In this document: in pieces, positions 1 through 13,163 of the stretch | How positions within the stretch are numbered: the stretch's first letter is position 1 | How the letters are laid out: each line of letters opens with the position of its first letter | Notes under the pieces: model-generated | What the model saw: only the letters and a program-made list of their open reading frames with translations | Database searches by the model: none | Told to the model about the DNA's origin: nothing | Origin: Octopus sinensis | Lineage: Eukaryota | Length of the DNA stretch: 64,000 bases | Reading direction: 5' to 3' | Assembly (NCBI RefSeq): GCF_006345805.1 | Contig: NC_042997.1 | Location: forward strand, 141,174,001 to 141,238,000 | Translations under genes and position numbers: made by a program

Positions 1-666
1 TATGTGTGTGTCTGTATGTGTGTGGTCACATGTATTGACATATGAAATATGATCCAATATTTCGTGCTGAAAAGTAGGATTATGAGTGTTTTCTTTTTTG
101 TTTTCGTAAGAGCTATTATCTGAAAATAATAGTCCGTCACGATTCGAGTCATTACGACTACCAAATTATGACAAATGAGAACTTTACTATGTATTGAATG
201 TCACATTTAACACAATAACTATTGGTCAACTATTTTCACTTTAGCTAACGATATATGTAACCCTATACAATATCGCGTGTCTAGTGCGATATGCCCCAAC
301 ACACACATAAAGATATAAAAATATACGCATACATCATACATGCATACGTACGTGTATATATGCATGCGTGTAAGTATTTGCTTTGACTTGGATATAAGTG
401 ATGAAGCTACAAGCTTTTAACCACTTTTATACAAACACCTAAATATGCATATATTCACACATACACATAGCTACACACACTCGTGTATCCGTACATACAT
501 ACTTGTACGCAGACACAAAAACACAAACATGTATGTATGTATGTATGTATGTATGGTTGATTACAATTGCATGAAGCCGAATGAAACTGTTATTAAATAA
601 TACATGTAACCTCTACCGAACGTGCTGAGTGACATATTCATTCGTTTGTCTACTCACTCGTACATA

Positions 667-1565
667 AACGAAGGGTACCCAAAAGAAACCGGAATTTTGC
701 AATATTATTTTATTCACTTAGTTTTACGTGTTTACATTTTTATCGCCTTCAAAGTATTCTCCATTTGAACCGATGCATCAGTCCACGCGCGTTTTCCACT
801 ATTTGAAGCAGTGCTGGGACATGCGAAGTGATGCCTTTTAACGCCTTCGTCGATTTTTTCTTCACCTCTTCCACATCTGCAAATTCCGTTGAACCAATTT
901 TCGTCACCAGTGATGACCTTCGAAAAAAGGCTCCGATTAACTTCCAACTGTTCTTTCCGTTCACGACAGTCATGATTGCTTTTGATCTACCGTGCGCAAG
1001 CGATGCACAAATTATGATGCAGCTCTTTTCATTCGCAATTCATCGTTCAAAATTCGTTGGCAGGAGCTCCAGAACACACCAGTCATATCAACAAGTTCAT
1101 CAAATGTTCGGTGACGGCCCCGCCCAAGATCAGTTCATGAATTTTCATGATGTTTTCATTTGATCGGGAGCTCGACGACCGTCCTGAACGAGGTTGGTCT
1201 TCAAGCGACGAGTGACCATTCCTAAAGCGTAGAAACCACTCGTAAACCTGTGTGTTGCTCATGGCAGCGTTCTTGTAAGCTTTTTGAAGCATGACAACTG
1301 TTTCGGCCGCGGTTTTCCTCAGCAGAAAACAGAATTACACGGAAGTACGCTATTACTTCGTTTCAGCCATTGCATAAATCGATAAATGATAGGTACTCAT
1401 TGCAAAACAAAGACGCACAACGTGGCTGTACGACTTCACCTGACGATGCCAGTGGATAGACATACCTGAGAGTCGCATCAAGTGGATTCTAGCAGGGTAA
1501 GCCTGGGCTACAACGGATTTATCCCACAGAAACCGTTTCCGGTTACTTTTGGGTATTCGCTCGTA
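667..1565 (-). mobile_element. Internally deleted mariner element (~900 bp) with both TIRs
   Basis: ~28-bp imperfect TIRs at 667-694 (acgaagggtacccaaaagaaaccggaa) and 1537-1565 (ttccggttactttttgggtattcgctcgta). Minus-strand transposase remnant from ATG at 1370: MAETK..FCFLLRKTAAETVVMLQKAYK..TQVYEWFLRFRNG..LEDQPRSGR, then VITGDENW, joined directly to FADVEEVKKK near the C-terminus. Multiple stops and frameshifts. Confidence 0.9.
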
Positions 1566-3321
1566 TATATTTATGAGTAAAACTAAGCTGTGGAAGAGAT
1601 TTAATTTCTAGCCGAATTAATAGATCTGCTAATGACCTTTCATGAATGTATGGTCGTCGTATCTACAACGTCTCAAATCGCCAAAATTGAGGAGTAGGTA
1701 TCAAGAAGACTAATGATCCGGCGATAGTAGATACATTTGGCTACGAATTTCTTAAAACTAGCTTTATTTATAGAACTGGTAAATGAAACAATTATTTTGT
1801 TTTGTAGCATAATTTTTGGTATAAATTCAAATACAACCAGATATACAAAATGTTATCTGGTACATCTGGTACTGAAGTTGCTGCCTTACGAAAATCCTGT
1901 GTCTATGGACTTGTTTCTGCCATATTCCATGCAAATAACAAATGTTCAATTAATCCATTAATTTTCATCTTTTAGCCAAGTAGCCAAGTAGCCAAGCAAT
2001 TCCTATAACCACTCACAGGACCTCCAAATCTAGTGGAAGAGTGGAAAGGCACCTGGCCTGATTACTTGTCAGGGGATGAATCCGCTAAAAGCACACAACG
2101 TCAATAAAAATATGATAGTGAGTCTTTGTTGGAGTCAAGACAGGACCAGGCTTCTTGAAATACTTGTACGTTAATGAGTGCTATCTTGACTACAACAAAG
2201 ACTCATTGACACTTTTTTAATGATCGGCTTGAAATCGGTGAAGACCTTTAATTTCAAAGAAATAAAATGTACACATGATTAAGTAGCTTATATTTTTCTA
2301 AATTCTTCTGAAACCGCCATGATTTCGAGCTGGAGATTAGTTCCAACTATATTGGTGAGAAATATGAAAAACCAAAAATTGGACATGCATACATATTGTT
2401 TACCTGACTTGAGGAGTAGGTGTTTCTTTTGTTCATTGCGAGAACAAAGAAAATAAACAAGTTAATCTTTTCCCAAACTTAACGAAGAGAATACAGGCAT
2501 AAACACTAATATGTAGATACATGCATACAGACACACATGAGCGCACGCACACATACAGACACACACACACCATATATGTGTACATATATATATATGTGTG
2601 TGTGCGTATGTGTGTGGGGGGGTTTGTGAAAGTATATAGAGAGAGAGAGAGAGAGAGAGAGATGCGTACTTCATTGAGTGAACTGTAAAAACTATGTAAG
2701 GATGACCAAACATCCTTTTAAAGCTAAATCCACGCAGCACTTTGATTCGTGCATTTCTGGAAAGAAGTGCATTTTAAAGTCACGTGAAATATGTATGATC
2801 CTTAAAAATTCACAAGAGAAAACAAAACACCTCAACAATAAAATGGAGCATTGTTGGAAACGCAGAGGCAGTACAACGACCGGGCTGCACTTGACTGGTA
2901 AGTATGTATGAAAAATACAAGATCTTGATTGAAACTTCTTGTCATGTTGTCATGCAAAGAAACTTAAACTACAAACTCGTACAAACAAGCCGATTTATCC
3001 ATCTCTACTAACAAGTTAATTTCAGTTACTCCACTCCTTCCGAGATGTTTTTACGAGACAGGAGTAACAATGAATCCATATGCAGAAATTTATCATCAAA
3101 CCAAGCAAAAAATATTACCGTATTATGACATATGTGTCCTATCTTAGCTATTAAAATATCAATATCCTGACACCATATTGGAAAAGGGATCTTTTTTATT
3201 GCACTCTATACGGCCACCTCAATGAACGTGTAAGCGCGAAGCAAATAAATACGTGTAGCTTCAGTCGAATGCAAAATGATTATTTTCTGCTCTATGTAAT
3301 GAGTATTATTTTTCTTGTTTA

Positions 3322-3402
<81 letters not shown>

Positions 3403-4068
3403 GATAGATAGATAGATAGATAGATAGATAGGTAAATAGAGAGAGAGAAAGAGAAAGAGAGAGATGTATACATATATATATATAGATAGATATATATACA
3501 TGCACGTCAAAATTAAAAATCAAGCGAAGTTTATGTATTTTAAGTATTAAAAAAATTGAGAATACTATTTTCTCTTATTTCAACTGTCACTAATTGTTTC
3601 ATCTATAAACATTCTGCGATCGATTAGTATATATGTATATGTACACCTATATGTGTGTGTGTGTGAGAAAGAGAGAGAGAGATTTGTGTACATACATACA
3701 TACATACATACATACATGCATGCATACATACATATATATGTATATATGTATGTATGTTTGCATATCTACATATAAACCAGTTTTTCATTCTTCTGTTCAC
3801 TTTCTTCAGATTTTGTATATCGCATACTCTGTTTGTCTCCATTCAATATCAAGTTGTTGGCATTACATTTGTTGACAGTCTATCATTATTGTAATAAAAC
3901 ATCTAGCTAGCTACCGTTGGCAGAATTTAATGTGGGCTATTAAATATCTTTATTGTATTATTGTATTTTTTTAAATATGCAATTTTTATATTTTTACCAG
4001 CACTTTATATATCATTAACTATTGCACAGAGCGAGATGCATCTATTCCAAACACTTATGCCCACAAAC

Positions 4069-4122
<54 letters not shown>

Positions 4123-4128
4123 TTCTAC

Positions 4129-4270
<142 letters not shown>

Positions 4271-5169
4271 ACTACTTGCCTACCTACCTACCTACCTACC
4301 TACCTACCTACCTACCTACCTGCCCACCTACCAATATACATGTGTGTGTTTCTGTGTGTGTGTATTTGCGCGTGTGTGTATAGATGTATAGTTTTCCAAA
4401 TGGAACACACCTACACACTTGATTACAAATTTCTACATAAATAATAAATTCTAAACAATAACATAACTCCAGTTTTAATCAATAAAATAATTTTCCAAAA
4501 TAACTCTCCATAATAACCCAGCCTAAAACCTAATTACCTACCGTTCCTCTTATGCACACACACCCAAGGAAAATGTTAACTCAACAAAGATTATAAAAAA
4601 ACAAGATTAACTTTGATACATAGCAGTCCAACGATGACTTCACTGGCCGAATCTTCGAAGTCACTGTCAACGATGTTATTCTGTGAAAATATTGAATTTG
4701 TATTCTACAAAAGTAAAACGGTTTTTTATCATAAACTAAAGCATAAAAACAAACTTAAAATTATATGTATATATATATATAATACAAAATAAGAAAATGG
4801 AGAAACACATCTTAATCAATGATCAACTACCAGATAATACCCAATCACATAATTTATTAAACCACTACATATGAATATTAAGGTCAAACATAATAATATA
4901 GAACAAAACAATGTACATGAAAGAGTAATAAGATACAATAAGTACAGTATGTATAAGTGAATATAAATAAATACAAATATAAATATAAACCACATCTTAC
5001 AGCTGTTTCGGTCATGCAGATATGGGTGTCTCATTAAGCTCATATTAGCCATGTGTGATAGGTTAATATGTAGTTATAAATGAGACACTTACAAAAATAT
5101 CTCAAGGCCTCATGGAGGGTTGCACTTACAACCCCTATCTTAATTTGTAACTTTATATATATATATATA

Positions 5170-5881
5170 TCACTTACTTCACACACCATTACATACACAT
5201 ATACAACGCCTTCCTAGTTCACACACACTTCTCAGCACTCACACAGCACACCATCCACACACATACATAATCTTCAATAGCGTCACCACACATACCACTA
5301 TATGAGCAGCCACACACACACACAAGACACATAAACACACGCAACACACATAGACAAAGATAACTTTCGCCCACATTCATACAGTATACATATGCACACT
5401 ATTTTGTTAGTGACACAGAGACATACGCATACACACACATCCACATGTGCACACACCACCTGAAACAGCACACATCACTGCTACACACACAACATACACA
5501 CATTAAACACACACACACGTCAAACTCACTCGATCCCATTCACATATACACACACACACTCACACACACCATTCTCACATACTCACACACGCTTGGGCAC
5601 CACATCTTGTTGAGATCCTTATGAATTATTTCTCCTTCATTGAACCTCTCTTTATTATTATCTCCCTTTCATTCAACCTCTTTTTTCCCACTCAATCGCC
5701 ATGTTGAACCATTGAACTCAACAAGTTTCTTTTTTCATTTTCCCTCTATTTGTTTCCTCTTATTCCTTTCTGTCGAAGAGCGTAGGCGCCAAACGTAAAA
5801 GACTTTTCCATTTTTCCCAAGCGACAAACAAATACACTTGCTTGCTTGTTGTTCATACACCTGTCTTCGTCTTTGTTTTTC

Positions 5882-5885
<4 letters not shown>
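5170..5885 (+). mobile_element. Probable PLE 3' end/pseudo-LTR remnant (CA-rich tract plus degenerate minimal hammerhead)
   Basis: 5735-5885 is the reverse complement of 5995-6140. It contains tttc CTGTCGA agagc gtag gcgc caaac GTA aaag. The upstream CA-rich tract mirrors the GT-rich tract at 6250-6620. Confidence 0.55.
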
Positions 5886-5971
<86 letters not shown>

Positions 5972-5994
5972 GTATGTATATGTATATATAGTTG

Positions 5995-6835
5995 AAATTT
6001 AAAGATGAAGTGTATGAACGACAAGCGAGCAAGTGTATTAGTTTGACGGTCGGGAAAAATGGAAAAGTCTTTTACGTTTCGAGCCTACGCTCTTCGACAG
6101 AAAGGAATAAGAGAAAATAAACAGAGAGAGAATAAAAAAAAAATTGTATATTTAAATGTCAAGCATGGCGACTGGTTCAAAAAGAAAAGGTTTGTCGGGA
6201 GAGGTAGAAAGAAGGGGAGATAATAAAGGATTGCTGATCCCAAAACGAAGGTGAGTGTGCGCGTATGTGAGAATGTGTGTGTGTGTGGTTAGGGGCTAGT
6301 AACTTTGACGTGTGTGCGTCTTAATGTGTGGGTGTGTGGATGATGGTGTGTGAGTGTGCAGATGATGGTGTGTGGTCTAAGTGCTGGGAAATGGTCAGTG
6401 CTAGTGTGTGTGTGTGTGGTGCGGTGTGGGGATGATGTGGTGTGATGGTGTGGGGACGGGGTTGCGAGAATGGGGATGTGGGGATGGGGTTGCGAGAATG
6501 GGAATGTGGGGTATGTGGATGGCAGTGGTGTAGGGTATGGTGTGGTGTTGGTGGAGTGGTGTGGAGTTGTGGGATGTGTATGGGGGTATGTGGGAGTGCG
6601 GTGTGTGGATGTAGGGGATATCAATGAAGAGAGAAGGTGAGTAGGTGTCAGAGGGAGAGAGAAGAGGAGGGGAGCGAAGAGGGAAGTTTAAACACCTGTT
6701 CACGGCGAAGGCGGGAGTCCGAATGGATCCTGTGCAAAGACAATCCGGACACAGACAAGTGTTGTAGTGAATGACCGGTAGAGCGGAAATGGCGCAAGAC
6801 TGGGGTGTCATTGCCGAGTCATTGTATATAATCAC
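5995..6835 (-). mobile_element. Penelope-like element 3' end: GIY-YIG C-terminal remnant, 3' UTR and hammerhead-bearing repeat
   Basis: Minus strand 6835-6670 gives DTPVLRHFRS/GHSLQHLSVSGLSLHRIHSDSRLRREQ across one frameshift, typical of the end of a PLE endonuclease. It is followed by a CA-rich UTR and the motif ctgtcga agagc gtag gctc gaaac gta aaag at 6068-6104. Confidence 0.7.
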
Positions 6836-7289
6836 TATCTTTTACTGTCCTTCCATATGCACGTATCTACGTTTGTATGTATGCATATATGTATGTATGT
6901 AAGTATGTATGTATGTATGTATGTATGTATGTATGTATGTATGTACGGATGGATGGATGGCTGGATGAATGGATGGATGGGTGGGTTTATATACATGTTC
7001 CCGAACCTGTAGCAGGACCGTGAAGTGAAGATAGTAGTTGTAACTTGTAACATAAAATCCTCTATTTCTCTTATTGAGTACGTTTATAAATCTAATTTAC
7101 AAACAATTATTCAAGTAATTATACAGATTTGTATATGTGTCTGTTCACTTGCGTATATATGTATACATACATACATACAGCTATATACAAATCGACCGGC
7201 TAATTCGTACATTACAAGTGCAATCTGAGTGGAATGGTAAAAATATCCAAGACTATTTTACGAGATATTGCTATGTCGTGAAATGTTGG

Positions 7290-7497
7290 TTTGAAATTTT
7301 AGCACAAGGCCAGCAACTTTGGAGAAGGGTAAAACTCGATTACATCGATCCAGTGCTCAACTGGTATTTATTTTATCGATTCTGAAAGGATTAAAAGCAA
7401 AGTCGACCCTGACGGTATTTGAACTCAGAACCTAAAGTCGGAAGGAATGTCCCTAAGTGGTTTTTCCAGCGCTGTAAAGATCCTTCCAACTAGGCGC
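7290..7497 (-). mobile_element. tRNA-derived SINE, family B (degenerate)
   Basis: Reverse complement of the ...gagttcaaat..gtcgactttgcttttaatccttt..gataaaataaataccagttgagcactggatcgatgtaatcga body seen in the better copies at 11879 and 62736. Confidence 0.8.
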
Positions 7498-8019
7498 TCT
7501 TTTGTCGTGAAATATTACTATTGCTTTTATTAATTCATAGATTAACCCTAATGAATCAGCCTTAAGGTCCAAGGAATTCAAATTGTGATCTTATATAAGA
7601 AGGTAGAATATTTGTTTGTGAGAGATTTAACTACTCTCTTTATCAGCTGGATCTATAACGTAAATTCTCCTAGTTGTATTGTGAAACGTTGTGCCGTGAA
7701 ATGTTGTTTTGTATCCTATTCAAGCTGTGAAATGTTGTTCTCATGAGATACAAGGCAGATGAGCATTTTGAGAGTAGAATGCCGTTTTTCAAAATCGATA
7801 ATATTGATATCCATCTTCTACTAGTGACAAATATTTAGGACACGAACAGATCTTCGTTTAAGAAAACGTATTTTGTGTATTACGTTATATTAGTATCATA
7901 TCAACTACTGCGTCTATACTTCTAGCTTTCATCTTTCCTTAATGTTTTATCGTCTTGTTTCTCTTTGTATTTAAGGATATATATATATATATATATATCA
8001 AAATAAGCAACAAGAATGA

Positions 8020-8152
8020 CTCCGGAGTCATTCTTATTGCTTATTTTGATTATAATCACCCCACGGATTTTTACGGATAACACCATACAAAATTCTGGTG
8101 GATCTAAATTAAGTACCATATTCATTTGAATCTAAATTTTTGCTGAACTTAT
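8020..8152 (+). repeat. Unclassified ~130-bp interspersed repeat ending in (TA)n, copy 1 of 3
   Basis: ataatcacccc..ataccatacaaaattctggtg..tctaaattaagtaccatattcatttgaatctaaatt..tgctgaactt recurs at 30405-30535 and 56671-56768. Confidence 0.85.
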
Positions 8153-8156
8153 ATAT

Positions 8157-8221
<65 letters not shown>

Positions 8222-8308
8222 ACAGTCACATTAATTTGACAGTATACAACTACTCTATCGTACCACTACTGCTTATATCTCTCTGAGATATTTAGAAATG
8301 TAATGTTC

Positions 8309-8357
<49 letters not shown>

Positions 8358-8431
8358 GTATGTATATGTATATATACATATATATGTATGTATATATATA
8401 TATATGCATGTATATATATTATATATATGTA

Positions 8432-8470
<39 letters not shown>

Positions 8471-8707
8471 AGTATATATAATAATATATATATATATGTA
8501 TGTATGAATGTATGCATGTATGTATATATTCAGACGCCAAAGAATAGATCCGTTCAAAATCAACCCGTTTCCCGTGTTATTTCAAGAACGGTACGAGTAC
8601 AAAGCAGAAAATAAATTGTCGGATATTTCTTGCATTATTGAGTTACATAACTTCATTTTCTTATCTGAATTTCCGCTATAGTTGAATTTTGTTTTCCAAC
8701 CCTGCAG

Positions 8708-8833
8708 GTCGATATCAGTGAATTATTGAACACGATTAGGTCAGTATCACCAAACTTCATCGCAAAATTGGTAACCTTATACCAAACTTTAAATCATTAT
8801 TTGCCTATAAATTACGACGTTATTTTGGAACAA
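8708..8833 (+). CDS. Candidate isolated 126-nt coding exon of an unidentified host gene
   Basis: Polypyrimidine acceptor gaattttgttttccaaccctgcAG, open phase-0 frame VDISELLNTIRSVSPNFIAKLVTLYQTLNHYLPINYDVILEQ, donor caa|GTAAGC. No recognisable domain and no partner exons, so it may be chance. Confidence 0.25.
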
Positions 8834-9189
8834 GTAAGCTATGAAATATTTGAATGCTTAAATCATAACGACTATCAGAATGCCATTGTGTCTCTAGGCA
8901 GGACACTAATTTGCATGTCTTAGTGTCCCTACGTTGTTCCCCAAGTAAACTATGATGAAGCAAGCGTATGATACAATTATTCCAATCATGACTATCCCTT
9001 CTTATTTTTAATGTACCTTGGACTACATTGGCCAATGTATAACTTATTTTTAAAGGGATACGGTGTTATTTGCGAGGCATTTTGCATTTCGAATATATCG
9101 AGTGGTAATCTAGAAACTCACTAGAATAGATACTATATATTTGTGTATTGAGGTAAAAAACTGAACCAGCTGGAATAGACAAAAAATTG

Positions 9190-9620
9190 CAAATCGTAAC
9201 AGTGGCTGAGATTCACAATACTCAAATCGAATCCAAATATGGTAGAAGAATAGGAGAAAGCCACTTTACCCAAACCAACGAAAGGAAAAAGGAGACATCA
9301 AGTCCAGAATATATAATGATTGGAAAAAACAATAGCCAAATTGCTTTTGGATACACAGTATTAGGTAAGAAAGAATACATCAACTTACATAACAGGGTTA
9401 GAATTTTTGTATACTAGAAGTTATGCCAGTATTATCAAATATCGGCTGTAAAGGTTATCACAGAGTATTGTGCTTTGTCATTTTCTAAGTTCCTGCGAAT
9501 GACAAAGCTACCGTACTCTAGAATACCAATCCGCAAACATGGAGAGATCAAGGCTAATGCACCGGATATTGTTGTGAAGGAACGCCAGCAAAGGAAGCGC
9601 CTCCATATTGAAATATCCTG
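9190..9620 (+). mobile_element. R4/Dong-like (REL-endonuclease non-LTR) C-terminal fragment
   Basis: GYTVLGKKEYINLHNRV..*KLCQYYQI resembles the post-CCHC region. NDKATVL*..IPIRKHGEIKANAPDIVVKERQQRKRLHIEIS matches the RPD..D restriction-like endonuclease motif. Confidence 0.7.
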
Positions 9621-9636
9621 TTTATATATGTCTTTC

Positions 9637-9670
<34 letters not shown>

Positions 9671-10495
9671 CCTCTTTCACCCCCTCTTCTACCACTATAT
9701 AATGGCCTTCGCTCGTCCATCGGAGCTGGCTGGTCTCGTGTCTCAAACTACTGAGACATCTTGACATATTCGTCTCTTCTCCCATCATCCCCCTATTGCT
9801 TCCGGACCTACCTAGATTTCCTGCTAATCACGATGTCGGCTCGTTCTCTCCAAAGCATCGGCCAACTGAAATTTTCTCTCCGTTCATGTCCTCCTTTACA
9901 CGTTTTGATTTACAATAGTTGAAATGTAACAGTAATGGTTCTGTTCTCATCAGTTTCGGAAGGGCTCCAGAACCATGAGCACTAACCCTTCCTAAAGACT
10001 CAACAATAAATATAAAAGGTTGAACAGCCATTTTGTGAACGAAGTGCAAAAGTTTCTACTATCATAATAAATACTTCGGCGTGTTACCGATATATTTACA
10101 AAAAGCGAAAAAAAAAAGCTTCTTTTATGCAAATAACTATACACTTCATTTTTTAAAAGCAATCTACAAGAACGTCTATAAGTGATGGTGTGCATGAGTC
10201 TAGTGTGAGTGAAAGTGATTCAGAAAACGATAATAATAATATATTTTTATTATAAATGATCTTGACATTCTTTTTACTTTATATAAAATATTTTTACATT
10301 CTGCTGTGGTTTAATTGGCATTTATTTACGAGCATTATAAATTCTATAACGAATTACGATTTATAACATTGCTATTATGAGAAATTATTGCGCTGCTTTA
10401 CGAATTTTCACTTAATGAGCTGTCTCCGGGAGCAAATTAACTCGTATATCGGGACATTACTATATTATATGTGTGTGTGTGAAATCCACAAACAC

Positions 10496-10531
<36 letters not shown>

Positions 10532-10789
10532 GCAAACGATATTGAAAATGTAGAGTTGCTTTGAAGGAACATGAGTGAAACAATTCAAAGCAACCTTAAT
10601 AACAATGATTTTGAATCTCTCAAGTATACATTTATTGTGAATGCATGGATTTATGCTTGAACTTTTTAGTTTTTAGTACTAATTCTTTAGATACTTCATA
10701 TAAAGAAAAAGGCAGTTTCTTATTCAAAAACTGTTTCACCTACGGAATTTAGATACCAACATGAAGTTACAAATAAAATTTTATAAAAT

Positions 10790-11608
10790 GACTTGAACTC
10801 TGCTGTGCATGCGCACTAAGATTTTACATTCTAGCTCACGTCCACTGTTTGCAGTAGTGTTTGGAAGGAAGGTGTATAACATGTGATCAGTGCATTGGCC
10901 ATGACAGAGAATGTTGTAATGGTGATACCTGCTCACGGGCCCACGCAAAGTTGCAGAAAGTTTATGAGGAGTGTATGAGGCGCACACAAGTATACAAGTG
11001 GTTCAGGCGTTTCCAAGACGGCGGGAAAATGTCGATAGTGACGAAATTTTTGGGAGACCCGCAACCAACAGTACTGAGAAAAACATTGCAGATGTGCATG
11101 CAGATGTGTGGGGAATCGTCGAATAACATCCGTGATTTATCAGAGGCTGTGCAGATTAGTCACGGTTCACTTCAGTCCATTATCACTGAGGATTTGGGTA
11201 TGAGAAGCGTGTCTGCCAAGTTTGTGTCTAAACTGCTTTCAGCTGACCAAAAAGACACACGGGTTTCAGATGCACAAGATCTCCTTGACTGTGTCGAGAA
11301 CGATGAAAACTTTTTGAAAATTTTGTATAGGCCTCTGAACAAGATTCACCAAGCTTTTGGCAAAATTTGATGCAGATTTTCTGCTCAACTTGCTCTGACA
11401 TGGCCAATGCGGCGATAACACGCTACACACGTTCATTCTAAGCACTGCTGTAAACAGCGGAAGTAAGCTAGAACGTCAAACTTTGTGTGCATGCGCAGAG
11501 ACGTTCAAGATGAACCCATGCCAAGTGGATTTACTGCTTTACTCTCCGTGTTTTAGCTTAGTTACTATAGCAACAGTTTGAATACTTATTGATCATACCA
11601 AGACCGTA
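10790..11608. mobile_element. Rearranged mariner: 5' half of transposase (+) joined to an inverted second 5' end (-)
   Basis: + strand encodes GDTCSRAHAKLQKVY..RTQVYKWFRRFQDG..IRDLSEAVQISHGS..EDLGMRSVSAKFVSKLL..ENFLK. The minus strand from 11401 encodes MSEQVEQKICIKFCQKLGESCSEAYTKF. 10790-10910 and 11385-11510 are inverted homologues. TIR-like end ...gatcataccaagaccgTA at ~11608. Confidence 0.8.
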
Positions 11609-11724
11609 CACTAACAGCGACCATAACTATCCGAAAAATACCGACCGAGAATTCTTAAGGCTGACTCGTCAGTTTCCGCAATTTCCGTTGCCATCATCAG
11701 TTAAGCCACATATATGCACATGCA

Positions 11725-11849
<125 letters not shown>

Positions 11850-11878
11850 ATTATTTTATTATTATCTTATTTGTTTCA

Positions 11879-12095
11879 AAGCAGTGAGCTGGCAGAATCG
11901 TTAGCACACCGGGCTAAATGCTTAGCGGTATTTCGTCTGCCACTACGTTCTTAATTCAAATTCCGCCGAGGTCGACTTTACCTTTCATCCTTTCGGGGAC
12001 GATTTAAAGTACCAGTTACGCAGTGAGGTCAATGTAATTGACTCAGCCCCATCTTCCTCAAACAGCCTTTGTGGCAAAAATTTGAAATAATTATT
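11879..12095 (+). mobile_element. tRNA-derived SINE, family B
   Basis: A-box-like tggcagaatcgttag, B-box-like aattcaaattcc, conserved body gtcgactttacctttcatcctttcgggg. Confidence 0.85.
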
Positions 12096-12099
12096 TTAC

Positions 12100-12270
12100 T
12101 TGTTTCAGTCATTTGACTGCAATCATGCTGGAGCACCGACTTTAAGAGTTTTAGTCGAAGAAATCCACCCAGGTCCTATTCTTTGTAAGCTATTCTATCG
12201 TTCACTAAGTCAAGGGACTGTAAGCACACCATAATTGCTTGTGAAGCGCAGGTGGGGACACACACACAAG
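12100..12270 (-). mobile_element. SINE family A, 3' portion
   Basis: tttacttgtttcagtcatttgactgc..catgctggagcaccg is the reverse complement of the family A tail at 30570-30790. Confidence 0.75.
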
Positions 12271-12299
12271 CACAAAGACACACTCAACTTTTTCTTCAC

Positions 12300-12509
12300 C
12301 CATTCCCTTCTGGTCATTTCAATATGTGACCGTGTGTGTATCGTTGGCGATTTTCTTTCTCCGTTTTCCCTTCATTGGACTGTTTTCTATATTTCTGACG
12401 AAGAAACGTGAAATCCTCTTTCTTTTCTTTCCTTTCCTGAGCGTCCAATAACACTGTACTTATTCCACGTCCTTGCGTTGTTGTTTATTTTGCTTGTTCA
12501 TGTTTGGAT

Positions 12510-12554
<45 letters not shown>

Positions 12555-12835
12555 TAGAGAAAAAAACCACTATTATGCAAATCAAACAAAGAAAGACTTA
12601 ATCCAATACATAAATTAATTTATATCATTTAGTAATTTAACAATATATATATTGGGAGAATTTACGAAAAAACAAATGACGAAGACAGGTGGTGTACAAA
12701 ACAAAGAGATGTATTAGCAAAATGCTCAGGAATAGAAAGAGTCTTTTACGTTTCGAGCCTACGTTCTTCTATAGAAAGGAACACAGAAAAAAGGAGAGAA
12801 AGAGAAACAGGAAGAAAAAAATGTGTGTAATGCTA
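12300..12835. mobile_element. Two hammerhead-family repeats facing each other across (TA)n: family B (+, 12300-12510) and family A (-, 12650-12835)
   Basis: ctgacgaa/gaaacgtga with stem II deleted at ~12394-12411. Minus-strand ctatagaagaacgtaggctcgaaacgtaaaagac at 12741-12778. Confidence 0.7.
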
Positions 12836-12919
12836 ACGATCTATATACATATTTATGTATATTATATATATAATATATATATATTATATATATATAATAT
12901 ATATATATATAGATATATA

Positions 12920-13085
12920 TATATACGACAAACTTCTATCAGCTTCCGTCTAGCAAATCCACTTACAAATCTTTGGTTGGCCCGAGGCTAGAGTAGAAGA
13001 CACTAGCCCAGGTTGCCACGCAGTGGGACTGAACCCGAAACCCTGTGGTTGAGAAAAAAACTTCTTACCACATAGCCACGACTGT
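12920..13085 (-). mobile_element. SINE family A, tRNA-like head
   Basis: Reverse complement of gtggctatgtggtaagaag..ccacagggtttcgggttcagtcccactgcgtggcaacc. Confidence 0.8.
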
Positions 13086-13113
13086 ATTTATACATACATA
13101 CATACGTACATAC

Positions 13114-13163
<50 letters not shown>

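Noticed and set aside
2840-3150. Possible 128-nt intron 2898-3025 (GTAAGT..TACTAAC..TTTCAG) joining two short open frames
   Set aside because: The signals are good, but there is no convincing upstream acceptor, downstream donor or recognisable peptide. It cannot be called without RNA data.
4620-4686. Minus-strand candidate exon (NNIVDSDFEDSASEVIVGLL)
   Set aside because: Weak donor and no partner exons; chance level.
4990-5050. Minus-strand GAAAC-agct-GTA-agatg resembling a hammerhead 3' half
   Set aside because: No intact CTGANGA, stem II or stem I partner; at best a relic.
6420-6620. G-rich 28-bp duplication with G-quadruplex potential
   Set aside because: Part of a degenerate (GT/GGT) tract in a PLE 3' UTR; no evidence of function.
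9940-9990. CTGATGA and GAAA close together on the minus strand
   Set aside because: Motif order and stems do not fit any hammerhead topology.
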